NCBI GenBank assembly: GCA_964016885.1
Contig: OZ024742.1
Span: forward strand, 332,940,001-333,004,000
Length of the DNA: 64,000 nt
DNA from: Eledone cirrhosa
Taxonomy: Eukaryota
Reading direction: 5' to 3'
Position numbers and translations under genes: made by a program
Shown: positions 44,201-57,121 of the stretch, piece by piece
Layout: each line of letters starts with the position of its first letter
Position numbering within the stretch: the stretch's first letter is position 1
Notes under the pieces: model-generated
Database searches by the model: none
What the model was told of the DNA's origin: nothing
What the model saw: the letters and a program-made list of their open reading frames with translations, nothing else

Positions 44201-46197
44201 TCCACGACAACCTCCACCTCATGCGATACATCGTAGAGAGGGTAGCTAGGGAACCTGGCACGGGTGGGTCTTTGATCAATTTAGATCAGTCGAAAGCCTT
44301 CGATAGGGTCGACCATCGTTACCTAGAGGCAGTCCTGAGGGCGGCTGGTTTGGGCACGTCTTCAGAGGCTGGATCGCTGCCATGCACAGCAACATCTGCT
44401 CTGTAGTGAGAGTGAACGGTCACCTTTCGGAACCGTTCAACATCATGCGCTCGGTCCGCCAAGGATGTCCCCTCTCGTCCCTCTTGTACGTATTGACTCT
44501 CGAGCCATTATTGCACAAACTGGAGACGTTGAGGTGGATCCCGCGCGAACTAGGATGCGGAAGATCCGTGTCAGCATATGCCGACGATGTCACCGTAGTG
44601 GTGTCGAACGCCAAACACATCGAGGCGATCGGCATTACACCTTAGAATACGAAGCGGTGACAGGAGCAATGATCAACCAAGGAAAGTCAGTGGGCCTGCA
44701 GCTCGGCACCTGGAGAGGCCAGTCCATGCCGTCCAACAGCGTCGTCGGGCGCTGGACAGACGGACCGGTTAAATTGCTAGGGGTCTGGTTCGGTCCAGAC
44801 CTCCAGACGGACAAAAACTGGGACGAGGTGACGAGCAGGGTGGCTTCTCTCACCCAGAAATGGGCCGAGAGGAAGCTATCCCTGAAAGGTCGAGCGGAGG
44901 TTGCTAACGCGTACATCGCGTCCGTCATCTACTACCGTCATCTACTACCGCCTGACCGTCGTCACTTGTCCTAAGCCCCGCCTGACTGCGCTGGGCGTTT
45001 GCTGTTTCGCTTCTTGTGGAAGGGACGCGCTCCGATGGTCAGGCGGTCCATCTGCTGTCAACACCCGCTACGTGGAGGGCTGGGCATGCCGTGGCTGATG
45101 ATGCGCAGACACGCGCTCAGGCTACGACATCTCCACCTCTTCCTCGACGGTGATCAGGTGTGGTCGCCGTTTGCTAGACGCGTTTTTCCCCAGCTCGTCT
45201 CCTTGACGGAGCTGCAGTCCTGAGTCAAGCGAAGACCGAGAGGGAGCGCTTGGAGACTGGAATGTCTTCAGGCGCTCACAGCCCTCGACCAATCGGGCAA
45301 TGTGATCGGTGGAAACTCCACCTTGGCGTTCTATAGGGGATTAGTGGAGGGGAAGAGCGACGACGTACTTGGAGAAACTCTAGGCGTCGACGAAAATCAA
45401 CTAGCCAATCTCTTCGGAAGGACTTTCGGGCCGGGGCCTATGGACAACTTGCAGAAATCTCTGGCCTGGCAGTGCTACCGAGGAGCTTTGCCAGTTCGGG
45501 ATAAACTCTACATGCATGGAGGTGCCGTCAGCCGGGCATGTCCAAGATGCGCGCAGGGCGACGAAACCGTCCTGCACGCACTCGTCCAGAGTCCGAGCAT
45601 TGCTGACTCGTGGGTTTATGTCGAACACCTGCTGTCACGTGTAGGACGGATCCAGCTATCAGCTGAGTCCATCGTGAGGATTGCCCCGCCCCCTTCCTTT
45701 AGCCTGGAAGGGCAGGCAGTTTTTATCTGTCTGGTGGCCATGGCGAAAGAGATAGTATGGTGGACACGTTTGAAAGGGCTGAAGACGAGCACTTACCTCT
45801 TCGGTGATGCTCTGATTAATTTTTTCAAATTTCATTTGAAAAGGAAAATCAGGGTAGAGAGGGAAGTGCTCTCTTCCCAGCATTTTGTTGAAAGATGGGT
45901 GAGAGAAGCAAGTATGGCCCGAATGAATGGGCCTTCTCTGAGTATGTGTCTGTAAATTAAGGGTGGAAAACTGGGAGAGGGCACTTGCCCTGGTGGTCAG
46001 GGCCACTGTGGTCTTTTAATGGGCTTTCTCCACAAATGTCCCTTGGAAGTCTCCCGCCTATTGGGGAATTTTTCTATGTTATTTTATTTCAACCTCTGTT
46101 TTTTTACACGCAGAAATGCCCATTTGTACCGTCCTGTATTGTCCTGTACTGTCCTTAATGTCTACTTTATGTGAACCCTTGTGGTTAATAAAGAAAA

Positions 46198-46198
<1 letters not shown>
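41226..46198 (+). mobile_element. Tx1/L1-clade LINE copy A3, internally deleted and decayed
   Basis: Same 5' start (GAATGCT) and 3' end (AATAAAGAAAAC + ATT). ORF1 is joined to mid-ORF2 at 43295/43296, so the endonuclease is missing. RT is broken by stops and frameshifts. Confidence 0.92.
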
Positions 46199-46249
<51 letters not shown>

Positions 46250-46250
<1 letters not shown>

Positions 46251-47698
46251 TTTGAGTCTCAGTCATTGATGTTAGTTAACTGGAAAGTTTGTTGAAATGA
46301 ATATCAAGCCACTACCTGCAGCCTCAGATATTCAGGACGTATCGGAGGGTTCTCGCTGTTCCCAGCAAGCATGCCTTTTGAAGCGTTCCAAAAAGCGTGA
46401 AGGGGCCAATTTTCTTTAACAATCCCTGGAAACTTTTTGAGATAGTCCCTAGTGCGCCTATGACAATCGGGACCACTTTGACTTCATGGCAGTTCCAAAT
46501 CCTTTTTACCTCCCACTATAAGTCCTGGTATCGGTTAATTTTCTCCCTCTCCTTCTCTTGCACTCTCGTGTCGAATGGGCAGGCCACAGTCTCCTCTCTC
46601 TCCCCACAGATCCTGCACAGTGGGCTAGCCTCCTCCTTGTAAATATGGTGTTTCAACCATTTCGTTTTGAGGGCCTGCTCCTGCGCAGCCATTAACAATC
46701 ATTCTGTAGCCTTTTTAAGGTCTCATCATTTCAACCAGTTCCATGTCTGTGGATCTCTGAATTCAGTTTTCTCAAAGAAGGTACTATGAAGGGATTGTTC
46801 CCGAAGGCTGCTCTTTCTCCTTGATGTTATTTCCTCCTTGGACATCCCCTGGTCTATTGTCCCTTCCTTCAGTACAGTTCTGAGCATTGGCTCCTTACTA
46901 TCAGTCACGTATTTCTGTAGGTTGTTTTTCTCCATCTGAACACAGTCCTCTATGCTGATAAGACCTCTTCCACCTTCAGATCTCCTTAAGTAGAGTCTAT
47001 CGACATCACTCCTCTTGTGGAACATATTGTAGATAGTCAATAGCTTCCTAGTCTTCTTATCCATTTCTTTTTGTTCAGCAACATTCCATCTCAGAATTCC
47101 CGCACTGTACCTAATAATAGACACAGCTCGGGAATTTACTGCACTTATGGCATTCCTACTGTTCAGATGTGACTTTAATACGCTCCTTACTCTCCGAATG
47201 TATTCAGTTCTTATCAATTCCTTCATTTTTTTGTTCTTGATGTCATCAGTCTCCTGAACACCCAAATACTTGTATCCTTCTTCAGAGTCAATTTCCTTTA
47301 TCATCTCACCTGTTGTTACCTGGATTCCGTTACTTCTGCTCAATATACCCCTCTTCATCACAAGGATTCCACACTTACTAATAACAAATTGCATACATAT
47401 ATCATTGCTGTAAATACGGACAGTGTCAACAAGCACATCTAACACCTTCTCACTCTTCCCGAATAGCTTAAGATCTTCCATGAAGAGGAGGTGATTGATG
47501 GTAAGCCCTCCCTCTCCCAACCTGTATCCTGCTCTCACGTTTCGCAGTACACTGGTCAGGGGCATCAGGGCAAGGACAAATAACAGAGGGGACAGACTAT
47601 CTCCCTGGAAGATACCTCTCTTGATCTTCACGCTTCTCAAGGATTCTGCAGTTGATGTTAACTCTGTTTCCCAGGACTTCATACTTTTGCCCAACGTA
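46250..47698 (-). mobile_element. 5'-truncated Dong/R4-clade (RLE) non-LTR retrotransposon
   Basis: RT motifs GIFQGDSLSPLLF, HLLFMEDLKLF (DD mutated), YKYLGV, DVDRLYLRRSEGGRGL. Also AAQEQAL, CRICGEREET, VVPIVIGALG and terminal QKACLLGTARTLR. (TAA)n on its own strand at both ends, matching the known Dong target. Confidence 0.85.
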
Positions 47699-47723
47699 AA
47701 CTATTGTTATTATTATTATTATT

Positions 47724-50700
47724 GGTTGGTGAAGCCACGCTTCTTATCGCCTCCAGTCTTTTTCAACGTTTTACCTCTTTTTCAACCGTTCTAAACCTTT
47801 TATTCAAGTTTCAAATTTTATAAAAGTTTAGAAGAAGTGACCCACCTAATACAGGGGTTCACTAGTAAATAATACGGCACCCCTTTACAGGGTGTCGTAT
47901 TCGTATTTGTGTAAAAATATTTTTTGAAAAATTTCAACATGGATAACACAAAAAAGAGAGAGAGCGCTGTCAGACAACACAGAGAGAGGGAGACTTTATC
48001 AGCATGTCAACAAAACAGCATTCCAGTGGAGGTATATAAACGAAAATATTACAAAGGAAAAAAAAATTGTTACAGATTTAAAATTAACAAATATTTCTAA
48101 CACAAACAACACCAACAATAACACCAACAACATCACCAACAACAACACCAAAAATAACACCGGTAAAGTCGAGAACGACAATAACAAAAATAACAGCGGT
48201 AAGGTCGAGAACGACAATAAGAAAAATAACAGCGGTAAGGTCGAGAACGACAATAACAATGACAATAACAACAGCCACAACACAATAATAGTAGGAACAG
48301 TATCAACAAAAACAACAATAATAACAACAGCCATAATAACAGTAACAGCCGCAACAGTATCAACGAAAACAACACCAACAACTGTACCAACGAAAAGAAC
48401 AACAATGACACCGATACCTGTAATAGCGACCTCAGCACCACCAGTAAGACCAGTAGCGGCAGCAATAGTGGTGCTGCTGAAAAAGAGACCACTTCTTTTG
48501 CAGGTGTCGCCCGAAATATCGAGACAGTGTTAGTCACAGAGGAAGAGATGGCAGTCGCAAGGGCCATGGTGACAAGAAGCGCAAATAGAGTTTCCCTGAA
48601 ACCCCCACCCGATTTTTTCAAGGACCAGCAGCTACGAACGGTGACTTACCGCACCGTAAGCAAAATCTCACATCGAGTGGAGAGAGCCACGGAGGCTCAA
48701 ATCCAAAAGGCCTTGGGGTGCGTCTGGGCACGCAAATCCCACATCACCCGAGGCAGAAAGTACGCCACAGTAGACGTACTTTTCGCCACCCCCCCAGGAA
48801 GCAAAGTCTCACTCTTTGGAAACCCTAAAGAATGAGGAGCTAGTCTTGGTGCCCTCCTACTGCGGGCAGAAAATTGTGAGGGTCAAAGTGACCCAGGTCC
48901 CACCCGACGTGCCCATACCTTGGCTGGCCGCGTCTGTCCTTGCTGGAATTGAGAACAGGGCGACCATGCTGCAAGTAGAAAAAATAGGGAGAGAGAACTG
49001 GTCAGGTATAGGCAAGCAAATGCTTATACAAACTGACCAGGAATGTATCGAGGCTATCCCCGATATCATAGACTTTGAGGAAAGACTCCAACTCCCTATA
49101 AGTGTAGAAGGAAGACGGCCAAAATGTTATCTCTGTGGGTCGAAAGGTCACCTCAGGGCCTTTTGCCCGCAGAAGACACCGAAGAGGGCCTCTCTCCTTC
49201 CAATACCTGGTCCGCTGCTACCAAGAGCAGGACAGGAAACAAACGAAGAAGCCCCTTCCACGGTAAGTAGGAGGGCAACGTCCGTAGCACCCGTACCAAG
49301 GCCACGGATAACTAAAGCAGCATCATCAGTAGCGGCAACACCAATAGCTACATTTGAAATAGCTACACCAGCAACAACATTGCCGAAGAGGGCTCCACTA
49401 CCACCACCAACAGCCGTGGAGCACATACCCCTCCCAGACGCCACAGAATCCGACATGGAGTTTGAGGCGGGAGTGACGTGGCAAACAGTCTGCCACAAAA
49501 AACAAAAAAACCCTTAGATTCACCCTCCAAAAGCGAAGGCATACAAAGAGGGGTAAAGGCAGCAAGGAAACTTGCAGCAACACCACCACAAACACCAACA
49601 ACGCAAACACAACAAGACACACACACCAAACAGCAACAAGAAGAAAACGGCAACAAAATCACCCCTCCCCCAAAAAAGTACACAGCCATAAACATAGCAA
49701 AAAAAGAACTCATAAAATATATATAGCAGCACACAGACATCACGGAAAAAAATTACTAAACCCCACCAACACCAAGAACTCTCCCGACAAACATAAGCAT
49801 CATCGAAATCTCAATAGAACAAAACAACCTTTAAAACAAAAATTCCCCAACGCAGTTGGAGACTTCAGAGGGACGGTTACCAAGAATATATACACAGACA
49901 TCCTCTTGGAAACACCCATGACCAGCGAAAGGGACGGTTCTACTGTCCCTTCACCACACGAACAAGGTAAGTGACCCTTTCTCATTTGCCTCGTTTCTCA
50001 TCCAACATGGCTGTACTCAGAATAGGCAGTATAAATGCACGTGGCGGGCGTGATCTTGGAAGCAGGGTCACCTGCTCAATGACCTCAGGTCACTAAACAT
50101 AGATGTGGTGGCCATCAGTGAAACCAGAATCTCCGAGGCACGGGCCTTCGCACCGATCTTCGGCGGCTACGATGTATACGCATCTCCCAGCCGTCCAGGA
50201 TCGGGGGGAGGGGTTGCCGTCCTTTTTCGGAGAGGCTTGGATCTCGCGATACGGGCCATCTTCCTGGACCCAGAAGGTAAGTCGGTGGTGCTGGACGTGA
50301 CCGGCAGCGAAGGCAATGCTTTCAGGCTAGTAGCCGTCTAAGCCCCAACAGGGGCAGGACGGCCAGATTTCTTCAGACGTCTAGAGACGTTTCTTGGAAC
50401 GTCCGGCTCTTTAGTGTTAGTGGGCGACTGGAACGGTATCTTGGATGCACGCTGGGATCGTGTGGGGCTAGTGGATAGGGGAGGAGGGTGCAAGAGCCTC
50501 ACCAACCTGCTCAGGCGTTTTGAACTGTCTGACAGGTATCGACTGGATCACCCGAATGTGCCAATGTGGACATGGACAAACCGCATCGGGTCATCCAGAT
50601 CGTATCTAGATAGGGTATTCTGCAGGGAACTAGATAAGGCTAGTATAAGTTGTCCACAATTTAAAATAGTCGACTATACAGACCACAAATTTGTGATGTG

Positions 50701-53700
50701 TGAGATCGACATAGACAGACTTCATAGACACGGGACTCGTTACTGGAAGCTGAACGCGTTTTTCCCGGCGCGCAAGGCCTACGGAGACCGGATTAGCGTA
50801 TTAGTTAAGCGGGCGTTGACGGGAGCGATCGTCAACAACAGGTGGTGGTTCGCCCTGAAAAGGGCAATTAAAGTAGAGTCGATTAGGTTTAGCAAAGGAG
50901 TAGTGATAGAGGAAAATAGAGTAGAGGGAGAGCTAGTCAGAAAGCTAGAAGAGGCGTTTAGGACAGGCATCGCAACCGACGTGCTTGCGGCGAGATTGGC
51001 ACTCGACCAATTCTTCAACGCAAAACACGAAGGCTGCGTTGTCAGAGCTAGAGCGCGTGCTCTGAAACACGAGGGGACAAAAGCCGTCCAATGGGCCCGG
51101 GTGGCAGAGGCACGACGTGGAAATAAAGCCACAATTCGGTCTTTGTCTGACCAAAACGGGTGTGTGAAGCTCGAACCCGAGCGGATGTGTGAAGCTTTTC
51201 AGCAGCACTTTTCTGAACTGTTCGGGAGCGGCGGCGGCCCGGATCGGGGCATGGACTTCAGTGCATATCTCGACCGACTGCCTCGGCTATCGACGACCGC
51301 AGCACAGTGTTGCGAAAAGCCAATAACAGCCGGTGAAATACGGGAAGCGATGGCTAACTGCACAAGAGTCAAATCGCCAGGTTTAGATGGTCTGCCCTAC
51401 GAGCTTTATGCATTTATGCCAGACTTGTTCGGTGACCTCTTGGCAGACGTCTACTGCAACTGGCAGCAGAACGGGAGCATTCCCAGTTTTGTGAGCCGGG
51501 GAGCAGTGGCGCTGCTGAGAAAAGACCCGAACAAGGGGTATGTTATTGATAATTTCAGGCCCATAACCCTGCTAAACGCAGATTTCAAGATTTTGACCAA
51601 GGTGTTAGCAACGAGGTTGGCGCTTGTCGTCAAGGGTCTGGTGGGAGAGGCGCAGACATGCGCCATCCCGGACAGATCCATACACGACAACCTCCACCTC
51701 ATGTGATACATCATAGAGAGGGTGGTTAATGAACCTGGCAAGGGTGGGGCCCTGATCAACTTGGATCAATCTAAAGCATTCTATAGGGTCGACCATCGGT
51801 ACGTGGCGGCGGTCCTCGAGGCAGCCGGTTTCGGGCCCGTTTTCAGGCGTTGGATCGCAGCAATGTACAGCAACATCTGCTCAGTTGTGAGGGTGAACGG
51901 TCACCTGTCGCAGCCGTTCATCATCATGCGCTCAGTCCGCCAGGGTTGTCCCCTCTCGTCCCTCTTGTACGTATTGGCTCTTGAGCCGTTACTGCACAAA
52001 CTGGGGGCGATGAGGGGCGTCCCACGCGAACTAGGATGCGGGAAATCCGAGTCGGCTTAAGCTGACGACGTCACCGTGGTGGTGGCGAGCACCAGACACG
52101 TCCAGATGCTCGGCACCGCTCTCAAGGAATACGAAACGGTGACAGGAGCAAAGATAAACCAGGAAAAGTCGGTGGGCTTGAAGCTAGGCACCTGGAGAGG
52201 CAAGTCCATGCCGTCCGACAGCGTCGTGGGGCGTTGGACGGACGGACCGGTTAACTTGCTCGGGGTCTGGTTCGGACCGGACCTTCAGCTGGAGACAAAC
52301 TGGAACGAGGTGACGAGCAGGGTGGCCTCCCTCACCCAGAAATGGGCTGAGAGGACGCTGTCCCTGAAAGGCCGGGCGGAAGTGGCGAATGCGTACATCG
52401 CATCCGTCATCTGCTACCGCCACACCGTCGTCCCTTGCTCCAGCCCAACTCTCACCAAAATGGAGCGCCTCCTCTTCTCTTTTTGTGGAATGGACGCGCT
52501 CCCATGGTCGGACGATCCATCTGCTGTCAACACCCGTTGCGTGGAGGACTGGGCATGCCATGGCTGATGATGCGCAAACATGCGCTGAGGCTGCGACATC
52601 TCTGGTGCTTCCTTGATGGTGAACGGGTGTGGTCGCCGTTCGCCAGGCACATTTTCCCATAGCTCGTCTCCTTGACGGAGCTGCAGTCCTGGGTCAGAAA
52701 AAGACCGAGGGATAGCGCTTGGAAACTGGAATGTCTCCAGGCGCTCACTGCCCTCTCCCAGTTGGGCACCAGTATCGGTGGAACATTCACCTCGGCATTC
52801 TATAGAGGACTAGTGGAGGGGGGGGGAAGAGCGACGACGTTCTCGGAGAGATCCTGGGCGTCGAAGAAGATCAGCTGCTTGCTCTCTTCCGGAGAACTTT
52901 CAGCCCGGGGCCTATGGATAACTTCCAAAAATCCCTGGCCTGGCAGTGCTACTGGGGAGCGCTGCCGGTTCGAGATAAGCTCTACGGGCACGGAAGTGCC
53001 GTCAGCCGAGCCTGTCCGAGATGCGCGCATAGCGACGAAACCGTTGTACACGCACTCGTTCAGTGCCCGAGCATTGCTGACTTGTGGAGCTATGTCGAAC
53101 AGTTGCTGTCACGTGTGGGACTGATCCGGTTGTCGACTGAGTCCATTGTGCAGATGGTCTCGCCGTCTTCCTTTGAGGTGGAAGGGCAGGCGGTTTTCAT
53201 CTGCCTGGTGGCCATGGCGAAAGAGATTGTGTTGTGGACAAGGTTAAAAGAATTAAAGACAAACACTTTCCTCTTCGGCGAATCCCTGATTAACTTTTTC
53301 AAGTTTCACATGAAGAGGAAAATCAGGGTGGAGAGGCAAGTGCTGCTTTCTAGCAAGTTTGTTGAAAGGTGGGTGAATGTAGCGAGAATGGTCCGAGTGA
53401 ACGGGACCACTCTGAATATACGTCTGTAGTTTGAGAGATGGAAAAATTGAGAGAGGGCACTTGCCCTGGTAGTCAGGGTGGCCGTGGTCTTTTGTGTGGT
53501 TTTCGCCACGAGTAACCCTCGGAGGTTTCCCCCCTATTGGGGAATTTTCCATTGTTTCAATTTTCATTTTATTGTTTATATATATGTTTTATGTCTTTTT
53601 TCTTTTCTTATATAAATAATAAAAACATTTACACGCACAAAACCCACATCGTACCGTCCTGTTCCGTCTGTGATGTTTTTCTTGATGTCAGCCCTTGTGG

Positions 53701-53711
53701 CCAATAAAGAA
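47724..53711 (+). mobile_element. Tx1/L1-clade LINE subfamily B, apparently full length, decayed
   Basis: Follows (ATT)n and has a different 5' UTR. ORF1 relics from ATG 47939 (YATVDVLF, CYLCGSKGHLRAFC). ORF2 relics 50007-53429 homologous to A with several stops and frameshifts. Ends AATAAAGAA + ATT/AGT repeats. Confidence 0.92.
48150..48258 (+). repeat. 3 x 36-bp tandem repeat in subfamily B ORF1
   Basis: AAAATAACAGCGGTAAGGTCGAGAACGACAATAACA units (KNNSGKVENDNN). Confidence 0.85.
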
Positions 53712-54864
53712 ATTATTATTAGTAGTAGTAGTAGTAGAATCAGTAGTAGTAGTAGTAGTAGTAGTAGTTGTAGTAGTAGTAGTAGTAGTAGTAGTAGTTT
53801 AGATGATGTTGGAGATAATGGTATTAATGTTTGTGTGTGTTTATAATCTAGGTTGACGAAGTAAGACGTATGTTTTTGACGAATCCTGAAGAAGTCAGAT
53901 ATTTATAATTCAGAAAATTTGTTCAAATCTATGCATAGTTCTATAGCTAATGCTGTTAGCTGTAAATTCAACATCGACTTTTACAACTCATTTTCACGAC
54001 CGAAATTAAACTAAACAATGTTCACTAAGATGGAAATCTGATATACTATGAAGATCTTAATAAGTTTGTAACCCTTTTTCTTAAACTGCTGATCAACTCG
54101 TGTAATTGAATTAAGGTATTTCTTTTAAAACGTTATCGATTTTGAAATATATTGATGTATCTTTCGTAGTTATTGAAATATATGCTGAATCTGGAATGGC
54201 CACTATATTAAGTGTCTCAAAGACTTAAAAGATATGACGAATAAAGGTTACAATGCGGCGTTGATCAGGAAATTGACTACAGATTCTCTTCTTTCGTCTT
54301 CTCTTGTTACTCACTCTCACTTCTTCTATCACTCTCACTTCTTCCCTTTGTTCATATTTCCGTATATATTATCTATATATGTATAAGGATTTATATATAG
54401 CTCTTCAATTCGTTAGTTCAATTTTGCTATTGCAGCTATAAACAGGTCGAAGTATCGTCTTCTACTCTAATTGCACTATGCTTTTGGTGTCTGATCTTCA
54501 GTATATCCAGTGGTTCTCTTTTATATTTCGTTTGTTCAGTATTGTTTGTTGGTGATATTACGACTTAACTGAGGCTGTACTAGCTCTGTTATCATGCACG
54601 GTAAACATCCCAACCAGTACCATAAAATTAGAATTATAACTAAAGAATTTACAAGGAGGAATAATTTCAAAATTCTCAGAATTAGAATTAAGCGACTGAG
54701 AGTACAGTAACACATTTTCAAACAGAGAACCACTCCGTTGCAAAGTCAATACCTAATTGCTTCTGCAGGGAATTATTAAATACATAACTACTGCCTCGCA
54801 GACTGTTGCTGAGGAAAGAGACACGAATGTAGAGTGGGGATATATATTCGTTTCAATAAGATAT

Positions 54865-55385
54865 GTTTCTTTTATTTGCCACCAGGGCATCAAAAGTGGG
54901 ACAAGTACAAAGGGGGGAGTTTACACAAAAAGGCGTCCTCAATAAGGAGGAGGCAATAACAATGTATAAAAATAAAATAAAATATAACAAAAAATAAAAT
55001 TTATAACAAAGTCCTCAATAGAGAGGAGGCGCCTTGGGGGGTCGCACCCCCCCCCCGAAAAAAGTGTGCAACCCTTTTCCTCAGGAGCACAGAGAGGGGG
55101 TGCTCCCTCGTTCCTTCCTCTTTTCCACCTACAGGCTTATGTAAAGAGAAGGCCCATTCACACGAGCCATTCTCGCCACTTTCACCCACCTTTCATAAAA
55201 ACGACTGGGGTGGAGCACCTCTCTCTCCATCCTGATCCTTCTTCCGAAATGATATCGGAAGAAACGGACCAGTTGTTGGCCAGAGAGAAAGGTGCCTGAC
55301 CTCAGTCCTTTCAGACGCGTCCACCATACAACTTCTTTCACCATGGCTATTACGCACAGAAACACCGCCTCTCCTTCATCTTTGA
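54865..55385 (-). mobile_element. 3' fragment of a third related Tx1/L1 subfamily
   Basis: EGEAVFLCVIAMVKEVVWWTRLKGL...ERWVKVARMARVNGPSLYISL is homologous to the ORF2 end. 3' end GCCCTGGTGGCAAATAAAAGAAAC on the minus strand, with no ATT tail. Confidence 0.85.
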
Positions 55386-55389
55386 AGGG

Positions 55390-55595
55390 GGGAAACAAGT
55401 GAATGTAAACGGTTATCAACGGAACAGCCAGCTCGTGCAATTAATGTGGAGGTAGTAAAGTATTCCATAGACACGCGTACTCTTAACCTAGTTCTCAGGC
55501 AGATTTATAGTGACACAGAATGTGACAACTCCGGTCCTACGAATTACAGGTACAACTTATTTTTGCAAACGGAGTGAACTGGAGCAACGTGAACC
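55390..55595 (-). mobile_element. Second SINE family fragment (relatives at ~17990-18120 in the opposite orientation and ~59690-59890)
   Basis: ACGGAACAGCC..CTCGTG.AATTAA matches the reverse complement of ~18040-18090. Also GGAGTGAACTGGAGCAACGTGAA. Strand assignment tentative. Confidence 0.5.
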
Positions 55596-56891
55596 ACCAC
55601 CCTCTCTCTCTCTATCTCTCTCTCTCTGAATACACGCGTGCTTTAAAAAAAAAAACGTTTTTCCGTGACTTGCTCCTCTCACTCTCTCTCTCTTTCAATT
55701 TCATTTTGTATTTCTCATGTATCTCTTGCTGAATGACTAATACCACCTGAAACGTAAGATTATTTTCTTATTATATCAAGCGTTAAACTAATAGATTTCT
55801 TCCTTATACTGTGTTGATTGCTTTGTTGCTTCCGTTTACTCTTTATATACATATATGTGTGTATGTGTACGTGTACACACACACCAGCGGCTTCTGCAGT
55901 TTCTGTTTAAAAAATTCACGATCTTTGATCAACCCGAGGCTATTGTAGAGGACATTTTTACAAGCATAGATTGTCTAAACCTGAATTCACGATGTTGTTA
56001 ATCGAGCCCCTTAACCGATAGGCCAATCTACTTGACAATTTCTTTCTAGGACTACGTTATCTAATACGTCACATGCTTTACAAAATTGTAAATTGTAAGT
56101 TTGCATATGTAGCTACTACTTCCATTAGGCATATTTACCATGCAGTGTCTCTGTCGTTGGCTCACTTTATGTTGCGATGACATGCAATGTCAATTGATAT
56201 AATGTAATGATATTAATGCGCCTCCTTTCATGTTAAAACAATTATTAATAAATGTACAACATTTCAGACTTTATCGACGAAGTCATCAATGCTTACAAGA
56301 AAATATCTATGTGTGAACATCTTTTAATATAATTAACACTAACAAATTTCTCAATTATGAAATTAACAAGATAAAGCAAATTAGAAAGTGAGTCATTTAA
56401 TTCTATAATGATTGAGAATTTCTCAGACATTTTCTGGTAACAGAGATAACAAGACGTGAGAGTGTCAAAGAATTGTGCGTGGAAAGAAACATCATTTGTT
56501 TTATGATTAAATATTAAATTAACGACTAGCTAGTGGGAAGACAAGAACATTCTGTGTGTGTGTGTATTTGCAAGGTATCTTGTTCTTCTCAGGTGTCTGT
56601 GTGTTTATGGAAAATATTTTGAACGACGAAATTTCTGTTGATAATGTGTTTACGTGTTTGAATAGTAATATGTATGTGTATTTGACGAATTTTGTGTTAG
56701 CGTATGTGACGTATAATTAGAATAAGAAATGTGATGGACTTTCGATTTTATTTGATAAATTGATAAAATATATAATGAATGTTTAATTATGATTTTCTAT
56801 AAAACTGTTGCAGAGACAACGATGTAACGTATGGATGAAACGTTGATTAGAATTCGCGTGTGCAAAATTAAAATAAGAATTTTATATATAC

Positions 56892-56966
<75 letters not shown>

Positions 56967-56985
56967 CACACACATATACATATAT

Positions 56986-57047
<62 letters not shown>

Positions 57048-57121
57048 ATAATAATAAATTTGAAGATTAAAATCCAAAGAGGGCTCGATCAGGATAAATA
57101 TATATCAAATATATAAGAACC

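Noticed and set aside
29021-53797. Prokaryotic-type system (retron, DGR, CRISPR-like array)
   Set aside because: The RTs are eukaryotic non-LTR type with APE or RLE, and there is no repeat-spacer array or operon structure.
53712-53797. Telomere-like role for the terminal AGT repeats and LINE array
   Set aside because: No TTAGGG/TTAGG repeats, and ordinary sequence continues on both sides.
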